Under the pieces are notes generated by a model. The model was given only the letters and a program-made list of their open reading frames with translations. It was not told where the DNA came from and made no database searches. Shown here one piece after another: positions 9,742 to 22,257 of a stretch of 64,000 nucleotides of DNA. A program made the translations under genes and the position numbers. Source of the stretch: Escherichia coli 042 (lineage in GTDB: Bacteria > Pseudomonadota > Gammaproteobacteria > Enterobacterales > Enterobacteriaceae); the NCBI RefSeq assembly GCF_000027125.1, contig NC_017626.1; one strand, 5' to 3'. The stretch's first letter is position 1. Each line of letters starts with the position of its first letter.

Positions 9742-10755
9742 TTATTCAATTCCTGTGGTGACTGTAAAAGTGCGCGTTTGCTGCGGTGCAACCTGAATCA
9801 GCGTGCCATTACGTTGCGCGGCAAGATACCCCTCAGGCCGACAGGTTGCAGGTAATGCAAAGGCGGCTACCTGTTGCTCTCCGTTATAAAGGATCCAGCG
9901 TGTCACATAATTTAGTTCAGCACTGTAGAAACGAGTAACAAACGTAGTGCCATCGGGAGAGATCATGCGAAACTCTGGCTGATCTGTATAAGCGTCCAGT
10001 TTGTCTGCAAAGAAGACAATTTCTGGATCATAAAATTCCGGTTGACTCAGCGTCGACAGAGAGGCTTCTCCCTGCATAATCCGTTGATTAAACGCCAGCC
10101 ACTGAGCGGTGGGATTAACATGCGAAGGCACTGATTCACGCAATCTTAATATTTCGTCCGGGATATTCTGGCTGAATGTAGCATTTGGTATATATGCATA
10201 ATTCATGTGGCACATATATTGTAGTGGCATATCTACAGAAGCCAGATTGGTTACGGCCATCTTAATATCGAACAGTGTAGAGGATTTGTGAAGGACCACT
10301 GTTGGTTGAGCCAGATAATGATGACCGAAACCCATTACATACTCGTAACGCCCGTTAAGGCGTAACATATCTCCGTCTAATTCCAGCCATGCTTCATCCA
10401 TCGCGGCACAGGCCATTTCACCGTGTAGCAGATGAGTATCTTCCGCAGATGGGCAGCCATTAGCCAGCAAACCTGAATGAAAAGCAAAACAGCCATAGGT
10501 CTCTATCACCTCTGTCGCCGGTTTAGGCTGGCGAAACATATTGCACATGGTGAGGCCGTGTCCATCAAATTGCGCATCCCAAATCATCTGCCCCATCCAG
10601 GGAAGAATAATCAAATGTCCACGACTGTTTGCAATTTTAAGCCCCTCGACACCGCTGTCATAGCGAAAAGACGTGACAGTAAAATCACTATTTTCCAGCA
10701 AGATACGAGGTTTCTCGCCAAAAAGCGCCCGCCACAAATTAATACGCGTACTCAT
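9742..10755 (-). CDS. deoX: DeoX-like protein of the deoK operon (putative deoxyribose mutarotase-type)
   Basis: 337-aa ORF at distal end of kinase-permease operon; assignment by synteny with the deoQKPX operon described in Salmonella and pathogenic E. coli. Confidence 0.5.
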   Translation of the reverse strand: MSTRINLWRALFGEKPRILLENSDFTVTSFRYDSGVEGLKIANSRGHLIILPWMGQMIWDAQFDGHGLTMCNMFRQPKPATEVIETYGCFAFHSGLLANGCPSAEDTHLLHGEMACAAMDEAWLELDGDMLRLNGRYEYVMGFGHHYLAQPTVVLHKSSTLFDIKMAVTNLASVDMPLQYMCHMNYAYIPNATFSQNIPDEILRLRESVPSHVNPTAQWLAFNQRIMQGEASLSTLSQPEFYDPEIVFFADKLDAYTDQPEFRMISPDGTTFVTRFYSAELNYVTRWILYNGEQQVAAFALPATCRPEGYLAAQRNGTLIQVAPQQTRTFTVTTGIE

Positions 10756-10766
10756 AACGGTTCTCC

Positions 10767-12083
10767 TCAGGACGCTGTGACTTCAGCCAGTGCGGTACGT
10801 ACTTTGCTTTCACGCCAGAAGTAGACTCCGACATAGACAAAGCAGAGCATAGAAACCAGGAATGAAAGCTGTAGTGAGTGGAACATATCTGCAATATATC
10901 CCTGAATTGCCGGAACCACCGCGGCACCGACAATAGCCATAACAATGACTGCTCCTGCCATTTCTGTATGTTCGTTATCAACTGTATCCAGTGTTCCTGC
11001 ATAGATCGTCGCCCAGCAAGGGCCAAACAAAACACTTACCAGGACGGCGACATAGACCGCGCTGAAACTTGGAGCCAGTGCAACATATGCCAGGAACAGC
11101 GCCCCTATAACGGAATAGAGAATCAATACTTTTTCCGGATTAAAACGCGTCATAAGGATGTTGGCTATAAACTTGCCAATAAAGAAGCAGGCAAAGCTAT
11201 AGACCATGAAGTTTGAAGCATCACGTTCGTTGATATCGCCCAACTCCAGCGCCAGACGGATGGTAAATGACCATACTGCGACCTGCATACCCACATAAAG
11301 GAACTGCGCCACAATACCGCGACGAAAGCGCGGATTTCTAGCCAGATAGCGCAGCGTATCCATTGCTGACGGGCGTTTATAGTGACTTGTCTGTGCCACT
11401 TTACAGGTTGGGAAGCGGGTTAAAAGGAACAACACCATGACCACAACCAGAATCATAATCATATACTTATACGGTTCAAGGGTGTTCTCTAACATCAGCA
11501 CCTTAAAGTTGTGAATTTGCTCGGCGTTCATTCCGGACATCTGCTTCTCAAGGCTTTCCCCCTCGGAGAAAACCAGATATTTGCCCAATAAAATACCAGA
11601 CGCAGCACCAATCGGATAAAAGGTCTGGCTGATATTGAGCCGCAATGTGGCATAGGCTTTTGGACCGATCATTGAACTGTATGTGTTCGCTGCAGTTTCA
11701 AGGAAACTCAGGCCAATCGCAATCGCAAAAATAGCTGCAAGGAACATAGTGTAGGTTGCCATATGCGAGGCAGGGAAAAAAAGTGTACAACCACCAATAT
11801 ACAGCGTCAGGCCAATTAAAATTGCCACCTTATAACTGGTCTTTTTAATCACAAGGGATGCTGGTATTGCAATTAAAAAATAACCTCCATAAAATGCGCT
11901 CTGCACCAATGCTGAAGCAAAGTTACTTAGCGAAAATACACTTTTGAATTGAGTGATTAATATGTCATTTAATGCAGCTGCGCATCCCCATAGCGGGAAT
12001 AAACACGATAACAAAATAAACTGGAACAAGGGAGTCTTATTCAGATACCCATCAGGCATCTGAATGATGTTTTTATCGTTCAT
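10767..12083 (-). CDS. deoP: MFS sugar permease, FucP-like (deoxyribose permease)
   Basis: 438 aa, ~12 predicted TM segments, L-fucose:H+ symporter-type; between kinase and deoX. Confidence 0.75.
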   Translation of the reverse strand: MNDKNIIQMPDGYLNKTPLFQFILLSCLFPLWGCAAALNDILITQFKSVFSLSNFASALVQSAFYGGYFLIAIPASLVIKKTSYKVAILIGLTLYIGGCTLFFPASHMATYTMFLAAIFAIAIGLSFLETAANTYSSMIGPKAYATLRLNISQTFYPIGAASGILLGKYLVFSEGESLEKQMSGMNAEQIHNFKVLMLENTLEPYKYMIMILVVVMVLFLLTRFPTCKVAQTSHYKRPSAMDTLRYLARNPRFRRGIVAQFLYVGMQVAVWSFTIRLALELGDINERDASNFMVYSFACFFIGKFIANILMTRFNPEKVLILYSVIGALFLAYVALAPSFSAVYVAVLVSVLFGPCWATIYAGTLDTVDNEHTEMAGAVIVMAIVGAAVVPAIQGYIADMFHSLQLSFLVSMLCFVYVGVYFWRESKVRTALAEVTAS

Positions 12084-12110
12084 AGTGCTACCTTTAACTG
12101 TGCAGGATGA

Positions 12111-13031
12111 TTATTCGTTTAAGGTTAAAAATTCATTAAATTGTTCAATACTCGGATAAGATGATTGCGTACCTTTCCCTGTGACGCTGAAAGCGGCAAA
12201 GAGAGCGGCTTTTTTCAAAGCGGCTTCAACATCACCGCTTTGAACATAATAATGGGAAAAGCAACCAATAAATGCGTCACCAGCGCCACTAGTATCAACA
12301 GCATTTACTTTGAATGCAGGAACATGGACTTCCTGATCGCGGGTCATCCATAATGCGCCTTTTTCGCTCATGGTAACAATAATATTGTTCAGCCCTTTAT
12401 CAACTAACGAACGTGCGGCCAAACGAATATGATCATAAGTATCAACCGACATACCGGTTAATATTTCCAGTTCTGTTTCATTCGGGATAAAGAAATCACA
12501 TTTGCAGGCATAAGACATATCTAACTCACGCAATGCCGGAGCCGGATTTAATAACACTTCAATACCATTTTTCTTACCAAACTCAATCGCGTGGTAAACT
12601 GTTTCCAGTTGAACTTCCAGTTGTAAAACGATCAATTTGCATTTTTTCAGATCTTCTGCAGCTCGATCGATATCTTCCGGGGAAAGAAATTTATTCGCTC
12701 CCTTAATTATTAATATACTATTGCTCGAGTTGGCATTAACAAAGATCGGTGCAACACCACTGCTGGTACAGGGGACCTTCTCAACATAAGTGGTATTAAT
12801 TCCCCATGATTCAAGATTACGAATAGTATTATCCGCAAAAATATCATCACCTACTTTAGTCAGCATCAGGACTTTTGAATTCAATTTAGCCGCCGCCACC
12901 GCTTGATTAGCACCTTTCCCACCACATCCGATTTTGAAGGCAGGTGCTTCCAGAGTTTCTCCTTCTTTAGGCATCTGATTAGTGTAAGTAATGAGATCCA
13001 CCATATTGGAACCAATAACTGCAATGTCCAT
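12111..13031 (-). CDS. deoK: Deoxyribokinase (ribokinase/PfkB family)
   Basis: MDIAVIGSNMVDL...GGKGANQAVAAAKL...DTSGAGDAF ribokinase signatures. Start placed at ATG 13029-13031 with GAGGT SD upstream (supplied ORF begins 27 bp earlier). Confidence 0.8.
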   Translation of the reverse strand: MDIAVIGSNMVDLITYTNQMPKEGETLEAPAFKIGCGGKGANQAVAAAKLNSKVLMLTKVGDDIFADNTIRNLESWGINTTYVEKVPCTSSGVAPIFVNANSSNSILIIKGANKFLSPEDIDRAAEDLKKCKLIVLQLEVQLETVYHAIEFGKKNGIEVLLNPAPALRELDMSYACKCDFFIPNETELEILTGMSVDTYDHIRLAARSLVDKGLNNIIVTMSEKGALWMTRDQEVHVPAFKVNAVDTSGAGDAFIGCFSHYYVQSGDVEAALKKAALFAAFSVTGKGTQSSYPSIEQFNEFLTLNE

Positions 13032-13333
13032 TTCACTACCTCTTATAAACTTTCGCATAACAATGGTATTTAAATAACATTAGCATGTTACTTTTGCATC
13101 ATTTGTGACTGAGATCGCGATTAGCACATCAACCCGATGTTTATTTAATAGACTTCCAGTCTCATCACTCAGGCCAACACTATCTAATCATAAGCAACCT
13201 AACAAGATTAGTGCCCAAAACTCAGCAGCCTATACCCTTTTCATTTCAAAGGGGCGGTCGTATAGTATGGTAATGAAAACAATGTTTACTAACGCCAAAA
13301 TGTTATTTTTATAACATTCTTACGGAGAGAGAG

Positions 13334-14119
13334 TTGATGGAAACGAAGCAAAAAGAGCGTATCCGACGTTTGATGGAACTGCTTAAGAAAACCGACAGAA
13401 TCCATTTGAAAGACGCAGCGCGAATGCTGGAAGTTTCTGTAATGACTATTCGTCGCGATCTCCATCAGGAAGATGAACCTCTGCCACTGACCCTACTGGG
13501 TGGCTATATTGTAATGGTGAATAAACCCGCGCCATCCATGCCAGTAATCCATGACGTTCCAAAAAATCATCGTGATGACTTACCTATTGCAATTCTGGCT
13601 GCCGGAATGGTTAATGAAAATGATCTGATCTTCTTTGATAATGGCCAGGAGATACCACTCGTTATAAGCATGATCCCGGATGCAATCACCTTCACCGGCA
13701 TCTGTTACTCACATCGCGTCTTTGTTGCGTTGAATGAAAAGCCTAATGTAACAGCAATACTTTGTGGTGGTACGTATCGTGCCAGAAGTGATGCTTTTTA
13801 CGATGCCAGTAACTCTTCGCCATTAGACTCTCTCAATCCGCGAAAAATATTTATTTCCGCCAGCGGTGTGCATAATCACTTTGGCGTCAGCTGGTTTAAC
13901 CCTGAAGATCTTGCCACTAAGCGTAAAGCGATGAACCGTGGACTACGGAAAATTTTGCTCGCCCGCCACGCGTTGTTCGATGAAGTGGCCTCTGCCAGCC
14001 TCGCACCGATCTCTGCATTTGACGTTCTGATTAGCGATCGTCCGTTACCGGCAGATTATGTTACGCACTGCCAGAATGGTTCTGTAAAGATCATTACACC
14101 TGATTCAGAAGACGAATGA
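13334..14119 (+). CDS. deoQ: DeoR-family transcriptional regulator
   Basis: N-terminal HTH ERIRRLMELLKKTDRIHLKDAARMLEVSVMTIRRDL and DeoR-type C-terminal domain; divergent from deoK. Confidence 0.8.
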   Translation: MMETKQKERIRRLMELLKKTDRIHLKDAARMLEVSVMTIRRDLHQEDEPLPLTLLGGYIVMVNKPAPSMPVIHDVPKNHRDDLPIAILAAGMVNENDLIFFDNGQEIPLVISMIPDAITFTGICYSHRVFVALNEKPNVTAILCGGTYRARSDAFYDASNSSPLDSLNPRKIFISASGVHNHFGVSWFNPEDLATKRKAMNRGLRKILLARHALFDEVASASLAPISAFDVLISDRPLPADYVTHCQNGSVKIITPDSEDE

Positions 14120-15083
14120 CTTACTGAAAAAACACCACAATCTTGTTAAACATCGTCGGGTTGGACTGATTACGTTGCACTTTCACCACATATTCCAGCT
14201 TATCTATTTGGCTTATCACCTACTCCAGACGCTGGCCATCCTTGACCAGTAGCCAGATATGGCTTTTGTCGCAGTCCTGAATCGGCAGGCAGAGAATGTC
14301 TTCAACGTTAAGAGCGCGACGGGCAAAAGCCCACAAAGGTGAGTCATTACACCCGGATGGTAAACAGGCACTTCCTTGTTGTAGAAGCCGTTATATTGTC
14401 CATAATGTCTGGGTTTTTAATGCATACTGGGTAACAACCGGACGAATCTTCGAATATCACTGGCGCTGCCAGCCGGTTTGAATTCATCTCACAACCCTGC
14501 ATAGAGCGAATCTCCTGCCTGCACGTCACTCCACTCCATGGTATCAACTTCACACTCTTTATCTGCGGCTAGCTTCAGCCACCAGATAAGCATCGACTAT
14601 GAAAGATGAGCCATGACAACATAACGTTGGTAACGCTCTGACGCCTTAATGGAAGATGCCTGCCACCATAGGGAATGTAAACGACTGAAGTGTGGCCTTT
14701 AATGCCGTGAACGGCTCATGGTCTCCTGGCACGGTTGCCGCCCCAACCTGTAACAACATTCCACAGTACAATGTCTGTCAGAGTCAGAGCCTCCCATGCT
14801 TGTTGTAGTAACTCTACCAGTTACGAACATCCTTCCTCAAAATTGTTGTCATATCTCGCATGGAAGAAAAGATCCTGGCTAAGGAGCAACACACAACGTA
14901 TTGCGGAACTTGCATATTTTTCCTGTAACTAGTGTATTACCACATATGGTAATAGCTACCTGTGTGGTTTCGCTGGATAGCAAGGGGATTTATAGACTGG
15001 CCCCCTGAATCTCCAGACAACCAATATCACTTAAATAAGTGATAGTCTTAATACTAGTTTTTAGACTAGTCATTGGAGAGCAG

Positions 15084-15449
15084 ATGATTGATGTCTTAGG
15101 ACCGGAGAAACGCAGACGGCGTACTACACAGGAAAAGATCGCTATTGTTCAGCAGAGTTTTGAACCGGGAATGACGGTCTCCCTTGTTGCCCGGCAACAC
15201 GGTGTGGCAGCCAGCCAGTTATTTCTCTGGCGCAAGCAATACCAGGAGGGAAGTCTTACTGCTGTGGCCGCAGGAGAGCAGGTCGTTCCTGCCTCTGAAC
15301 TTGCTGCTGCCATGAAGCAGATTAAAGAACTCCAGCGCCTGCTCGGCAAAAAAACGATGGAAAATGAACTCCTTAAAGAAGCCGTTGAATACGGGCGTGC
15401 AAAAAAGTGGATAGCGCACGCGCCCTTATTGCCCGGGGATGGGGAGTAA
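15084..15449 (+). CDS. insC: IS2 transposase OrfA (InsC)
   Basis: [26 protein letters not shown]...; supplied ORF starts at an upstream GTG. Confidence 0.9.
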
Positions 15450-16310
15450 GCTTAGTCAGCCGTTGTCTCCGGGTGTCGCGTGCGCAGTTGCACGTAATTC
15501 TCAGACGAACCGATGACTGGAAAGATGGTCGCCGCAGCCGTCACTCAGATGATACGGATGTGCTTCTCCGTATACACCATGTTATCGGAGAGCTGCCCAC
15601 GTATGGTTATCGTCGGGTATGGGCGCTGCTTCGCAGACAGGCCGAACTTGATGGTATGCCTGCGATCAATGCCAAACGTGTTTACCGGATCATGCGACAG
15701 AATGCGCTGTTGCTTGAGCGAAAAACCGCTGTACCGCCATCGAAACGGGCACATACTGGCAAAGTGGCCGTGAAAGAAAGCAATCAACGATGGTGCTCTG
15801 ACGGGTTCGAGTTCCGCTGTGATAACGGAGAAAAACTGCGAGTCACGTTCGCGCTGGACTGCTGTGACCGTGAGGCACTGCACTGGGCAGTCACTACGGG
15901 CGGCTTCGACAGTGAAACAGTACAGGACGTCATGCTGGGAGCGGTGGAACGCCGCTTCGGCAACGAGCTTCCGGCGTCTCCAGTAGAGTGGCTGACGGAT
16001 AATGGTTCATGCTACCGGGCTAATGAAACACGGCAGTTTGCCCGGATGTTGGGGCTTGAACCGAAGAACACGGCGGTGCGGAGTCCGGAGAGTAACGGCA
16101 TAGCAGAGAGCTTCGTGAAAACGATAAAGCGTGACTACATCAGTATCATGCCTAAACCAGACGGGTTAACGGCAGCAAAGAACCTTGCAGAGGCGTTCGA
16201 GCATTATAACGAATGGCATCCGCATAGTGCACTGGGTTATCGCTCGCCACGGGAATATCTGCGGCAGCAGGCCAGTAATGGGTTAAGTGATAACAGGTGT
16301 CTGGAAATAT
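15407..16310 (+). CDS. insD: IS2 transposase OrfB (InsD), 3' end altered by nested IS insertion
   Basis: DDE transposase; native ...RCLEI stop replaced, supplied ORF reads through to 16381 inside the IS66-family element. Confidence 0.8.
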
Positions 16311-16395
16311 GTAAGCGTAAACTGACCGCCGTATGTAGCCATCAGACGAGAATTGGTAACTTAGACGCCCATCTGATATAGACGGACATCTAAGT

Positions 16396-16821
16396 ATGGA
16401 ATTACAGGACTGGCGAAAAGAACCTCGTAAAAACTATTCGAATGAATTCAAACTTCGTATGGTGGAACTGGCATCACAACCTGGAGCTTGTGTTGCACAG
16501 ATTGCACGTGAAAATGGCGTCAATGATAATGTTATTTTCAAATGGCTCAGGCTCTGGCAGAACGAAGGGCGTGTTTCGCGGCGTCTTCCGGTAACGACCT
16601 CTTCTGACACTGGCGTTGAATTATTACCTGTAGAAATAACGCCGGATGAGCAGAAAGAACCTGTGGCGGCCATTGCGCCGTCTTTATCCACTTCCACTCA
16701 GACCAGAGTCAGTGCCAGTTCCTGCAAGGTGGAATTCCGTCACGGTAACATGACGCTGGAAAATCCATCGCCAGAGCTGCTCACGGTGTTGATCCGTGAA
16801 CTGACCGGGAGGGGAAGATGA
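16396..16821 (+). CDS. tnpA: IS66-family TnpA (Orf1)
   Basis: YSNEFKLRMVELASQPGACVAQIARENGVNDNVIFKWL. Confidence 0.85.
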   Translation: MELQDWRKEPRKNYSNEFKLRMVELASQPGACVAQIARENGVNDNVIFKWLRLWQNEGRVSRRLPVTTSSDTGVELLPVEITPDEQKEPVAAIAPSLSTSTQTRVSASSCKVEFRHGNMTLENPSPELLTVLIRELTGRGR

Positions 16822-17168
16822 TCTCACTCCCATCAGGTACCCGTATCTGGCTCGTTGCCGGCGTTACCGATATGCGTAAATCCTTCAACGGACTGGGAGA
16901 ACAGGTACAACATGTGCTGAATGATAATCCCTTCTCCGGTCACCTGTTTATCTTCCGTGGCCGACGGGGTGACACCGTCAAAATTCTTTGGGCTGATGCT
17001 GATGGTCTGTGCCTGTTCACCAAACGCCTGGAGGAAGGCCAGTTTATCTGGCCTGCGGTACGTGACGGCAAGGTATCCATTACCCGCTCGCAACTGGCAA
17101 TGCTCCTCGATAAGCTGGACTGGCGTCAGCCAAAAACATCCAGCCGTAACTCACTGACAATGTTGTAA
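16818..17168 (+). CDS. tnpB: IS66-family TnpB (Orf2)
   Basis: MISLPSGTRIWLVAGVTDMRKSFNGL...; overlaps tnpA stop by 4 bp. Confidence 0.85.
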   Translation: MISLPSGTRIWLVAGVTDMRKSFNGLGEQVQHVLNDNPFSGHLFIFRGRRGDTVKILWADADGLCLFTKRLEEGQFIWPAVRDGKVSITRSQLAMLLDKLDWRQPKTSSRNSLTML

Positions 17169-17198
17169 AAAACTCCTGACCGCATTATAAAAACGGTC

Positions 17199-18812
17199 AT
17201 GAGTCAGAAATACCTCATTCGCATCGCAGAGCTGGAAAGGTTGCTCTCTGAGCAGGCTGAAGCCCTCCGTCAGAAAGACCAGCAACTGAGTCTGGTTGAA
17301 GAGACGGAAGCCTTCCTGCGCTCTGCACTGACACGTGCCGAAGAAAAGATCGAAGAAGATGAACGGGAAATAGAACATCTGCGGGCTCAGATAGAAAAAC
17401 TGCGCCGGATGCTGTTCGGTACCCGTTCTGAAAAACTGCGTCGTGAAGTTGAACTGGCTGAGGCTCTGCTGAAACAACGTGAACAGGACAGCGATCGTTA
17501 CAGTGGGCGGGAAGACGATCCTCAGGTTCCCCGCCAGTTGCGACAGTCGCGCCATCGTCGTCCGTTACCGGCACACCTTCCCCGTGAAATACACCGCCTG
17601 GAGCCAGAAGAAAGCTGTTGCCCGGAGTGTGGCGGTGAGCTGGATTATCTGGGGGAAGTCAGCGCTGAACAGCTGGAACTGGTGAGCAGTGCCCTGAAAG
17701 TGATCCGCACAGAACGGGTAAAAAAAGCCTGTACAAAATGTGACTGTATTGTTGAAGCACCGGCGCCGTCCCGCCCGATAGAGCGTGGTATCGCGGGCCC
17801 CGGATTACTTGCCCGCGTGTTAACGGGAAAATACTGCGAACATCTGCCACTGTATCGTCAGAGTGAAATCTTTGCCCGCCAGGGTGTCGAACTGAGCCGG
17901 GCCTTACTCTCCAACTGGGTTGACGCGTGCTGCCAGTTAATGACACCGGTGAATGATGCCCTGTACCGTTATGTAATGAACACCCGCAAGGTTCACACTG
18001 ATGACACACCGGTAAAGGTACTGGCACCGGGTCAGAAAAAGGCGAAAACAGGGCGTATCTGGACGTATGTCCGGGATGATCGCAATGTGGGTTCGTCATC
18101 TCCTCCAGCGGTCTGGTTCGCGTACTCGCCGAACCGGCAGGGGAAACACCCGGAGCAACACCTCCGCCCCTTCCGGGGTATCCTGCAGGCGGATGCGTTC
18201 ACAGGTTACGACAGGTTGTTCAGTGCAGAACGTGAAGGTGGTGCACTGACAGAAGTTGCGTGCTGGGCCCATGCCCGGCGAAAAATCCACGATGTATACA
18301 TCAGCAGCAAAAGTGCGACGGCAGAAGAAGCCCTGAAGCGAATCAGTGAACTGTACGCCATCGAGGATGAAATACGGGGATTACCGGAGTCAGAGCGTCT
18401 TGCCGTCAGGCAGCAGCGAAGCAAAGTGTTACTGACGTCGCTGCATGAATGGATGGTGGAGAAGAATGGTACGCTGTCGAAAAAATCCAGACTGGGCGAA
18501 GCGTTCAGCTATGTACTGAATCAGTGGGATGCCCTCTGTTATTACAGTGATGACGGTCTGGCGGAGGCGGATAATAATGCTGCGGAAAGAGCGCTTCGTG
18601 CAGTCTGTCTCGGAAAGAAAAACTTTATGTTCTTTGGCAGCGATCACGGCGGCGAGCGTGGAGCACTGTTGTACGGGCTGATCGGCACCTGCCGTCTGAA
18701 CGGTATCGATCCGGAAGCGTATCTGCGCCATATCCTGAGCGTACTGCCGGAATGGCCTTCCAACCGAGTTGATGAACTCCTGCCATGGAACGTAGTACTC
18801 ACCAATAAATAA
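17199..18812 (+). CDS. tnpC: IS66-family transposase TnpC (537 aa)
   Basis: N-terminal coiled coil, CxxC...CxxC zinc motif (CCPECGGEL...CTKCDC), DDE-type core. Confidence 0.85.
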   Translation: MSQKYLIRIAELERLLSEQAEALRQKDQQLSLVEETEAFLRSALTRAEEKIEEDEREIEHLRAQIEKLRRMLFGTRSEKLRREVELAEALLKQREQDSDRYSGREDDPQVPRQLRQSRHRRPLPAHLPREIHRLEPEESCCPECGGELDYLGEVSAEQLELVSSALKVIRTERVKKACTKCDCIVEAPAPSRPIERGIAGPGLLARVLTGKYCEHLPLYRQSEIFARQGVELSRALLSNWVDACCQLMTPVNDALYRYVMNTRKVHTDDTPVKVLAPGQKKAKTGRIWTYVRDDRNVGSSSPPAVWFAYSPNRQGKHPEQHLRPFRGILQADAFTGYDRLFSAEREGGALTEVACWAHARRKIHDVYISSKSATAEEALKRISELYAIEDEIRGLPESERLAVRQQRSKVLLTSLHEWMVEKNGTLSKKSRLGEAFSYVLNQWDALCYYSDDGLAEADNNAAERALRAVCLGKKNFMFFGSDHGGERGALLYGLIGTCRLNGIDPEAYLRHILSVLPEWPSNRVDELLPWNVVLTNK

Positions 18813-19039
18813 GCGTCAATACGGTGCTCCGTTGACGCTTACGGAAATATAGGGGCAAATCCAATTTATTCGCAAGTAAAATGCCTGATAAAATACACGA
18901 ATCTAGTAATCATCAATATTTACTCTGGTCGAATGACGCGTGAAGTGGACGGCCAACAGACGCAGTCAGTGATCTACAGCCTGTTGAATAAAACCCCGGA
19001 TGCTTCCCCCGATTCTGCAAGTAATACTTCGGTTATTTG

Positions 19040-19145
19040 CACTATTTTATCCCTGTTGAATTTGGTTAAGCCGGTGCAGACGTGCCGGGAAACGCACACC
19101 TGAACCGGCACAATAAAATACAATACAACCCCCTGTTACTGGAGA
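19040..19145. repeat. 106-bp repeat, copy 1 (copy 2 at 47474-47579, one mismatch)
   Basis: cactattttatccctgttgaatttggttaagccggtgcagacg...ccccctgttactggaga present at both positions. Confidence 0.8.
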
Positions 19146-19445
19146 AATGCCTGCGCCGGGGTCCGATATGGCGGTATTGTTGCAGCCTGCGGCATGGCTC
19201 AGGGGATGGATTTGATGGGCAATATGGCTCCGTTTATTCTGCGTGGTGTCACGCTGAAAGGGATTGATAGCGTCATGTTCGCGAAAGAGAAAAGAGCAGC
19301 AATCTGGCAACAGGCGATATAGTATTTGCCAGAGTCCAGAATGGATAGTCTCACTACCGTTTATCCGCTCAGTGACGCCATCACTGTGGCTGAAAAACTT
19401 CTGAGTGGCGGAATTCGCGGTCGTGCAGTCATTCAATATAGCTAA
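19140..19445 (+). pseudogene. YhdH/AcuI-like oxidoreductase, C-terminal fragment with frameshift
   Basis: Translation [36 protein letters not shown] then, in another frame, LPESRMDSLTTVYPLSDAITVAEKLLSGGIRGRAVIQYS*; no N-terminal part. Confidence 0.45.
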
Positions 19446-19502
19446 TTAGATGGATGCCGAGCTCAGGCTTAGTATAATAAGTTTTAGGGGCTGCGGCCCC
19501 TT

Positions 19503-19962
19503 TTACTGGCTAGTTGTTGCTTCCTGAGAAGACTGATAGCGTACCGAGGTTTTGAAATAGCTCCAGAAGTCGTACACTGGCTCAGTAGAACAATATAGTT
19601 TGGAACGCATTACCGCACCTTCCCAGCCACTCCAGAAAATAGCCGCCAGTTGTGTATTATTCATATTTGAACTTATTTCGCCTGAAGATAACGCGTCGGA
19701 CAGGCAGGCCGCAACAAGTGCCTGCCAGCTCTCAAGAATATTCTGTAGTACTTTAATGAAGGATTGGGGAAGCCCCGGACTCTCCTGCATCATATTTCCA
19801 ACCAGGCAGCCGCGGGTAAAATTGTATTTTTTAATCCCCTCACAGGCATCATTGATGAAATTTTCCAGACGTACCATTGGTGTGCAGGATGATTCATGTA
19901 GATGTTTTTTGAGGTTATGCTCGAAGAAACTGTCATAGGCGTTCAGAACGGTCTGAGCATAA
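19503..19962 (-). pseudogene. TetR-family regulator, C-terminal part (gene split by IS100)
   Basis: Reading frame runs from the IS100 junction (…AQTVLNAYDSFFEHNLKKH…) to stop at 19503; joins in-frame with N-terminal part at 21916-22119 once IS100 and one repeat copy are removed. Confidence 0.75.
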
Positions 19963-22119
<2,157 letters not shown>

Positions 22120-22257
22120 GACCCATCTCCTACATTTTATTAACGCAAAAGAATAAGTGATTTTGCGCGAGAGCATCAATCAGTTTATCCCCGCAGTGGC
22201 AAAGTGTTCGCTTTTGCAGTGCCTGTCTCTACTGCGCCATCGCTGAACAGTGCAGAA

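Larger units (their letters stand above)
16311..18842 (+). mobile_element. IS66-family insertion sequence (tnpA-tnpB-tnpC), nested in IS2
   Basis: Ends gtaagcgtaaactgacc (16311) and ccgttgacgcttac (to 18842); flanked by 8-bp direct repeat GGAAATAT (16303-16310 and 18843-18850). Confidence 0.85.
14993..18863 (+). mobile_element. IS2 (1331 bp total) interrupted 13 bp from its right end by a 2532-bp IS66-family element
   Basis: IS2 IRL tagactggccccctgaatctcc at 14993; IS2 distal end aggggcaaatcca at 18851-18863; 5-bp direct repeat ATTTA at 14988-14992 and 18864-18868. Confidence 0.85.

Noticed and set aside
15407-16381. 324-aa InsD ORF extending past 16310
   Set aside because: Read-through caused by the IS66-family insertion; the last ~23 codons are IS66 end sequence, not native transposase.
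17659-18099. 146-aa minus-strand ORF inside IS66 tnpC
   Set aside because: Antisense to the transposase; His/Pro/Arg-rich composition typical of a spurious frame.
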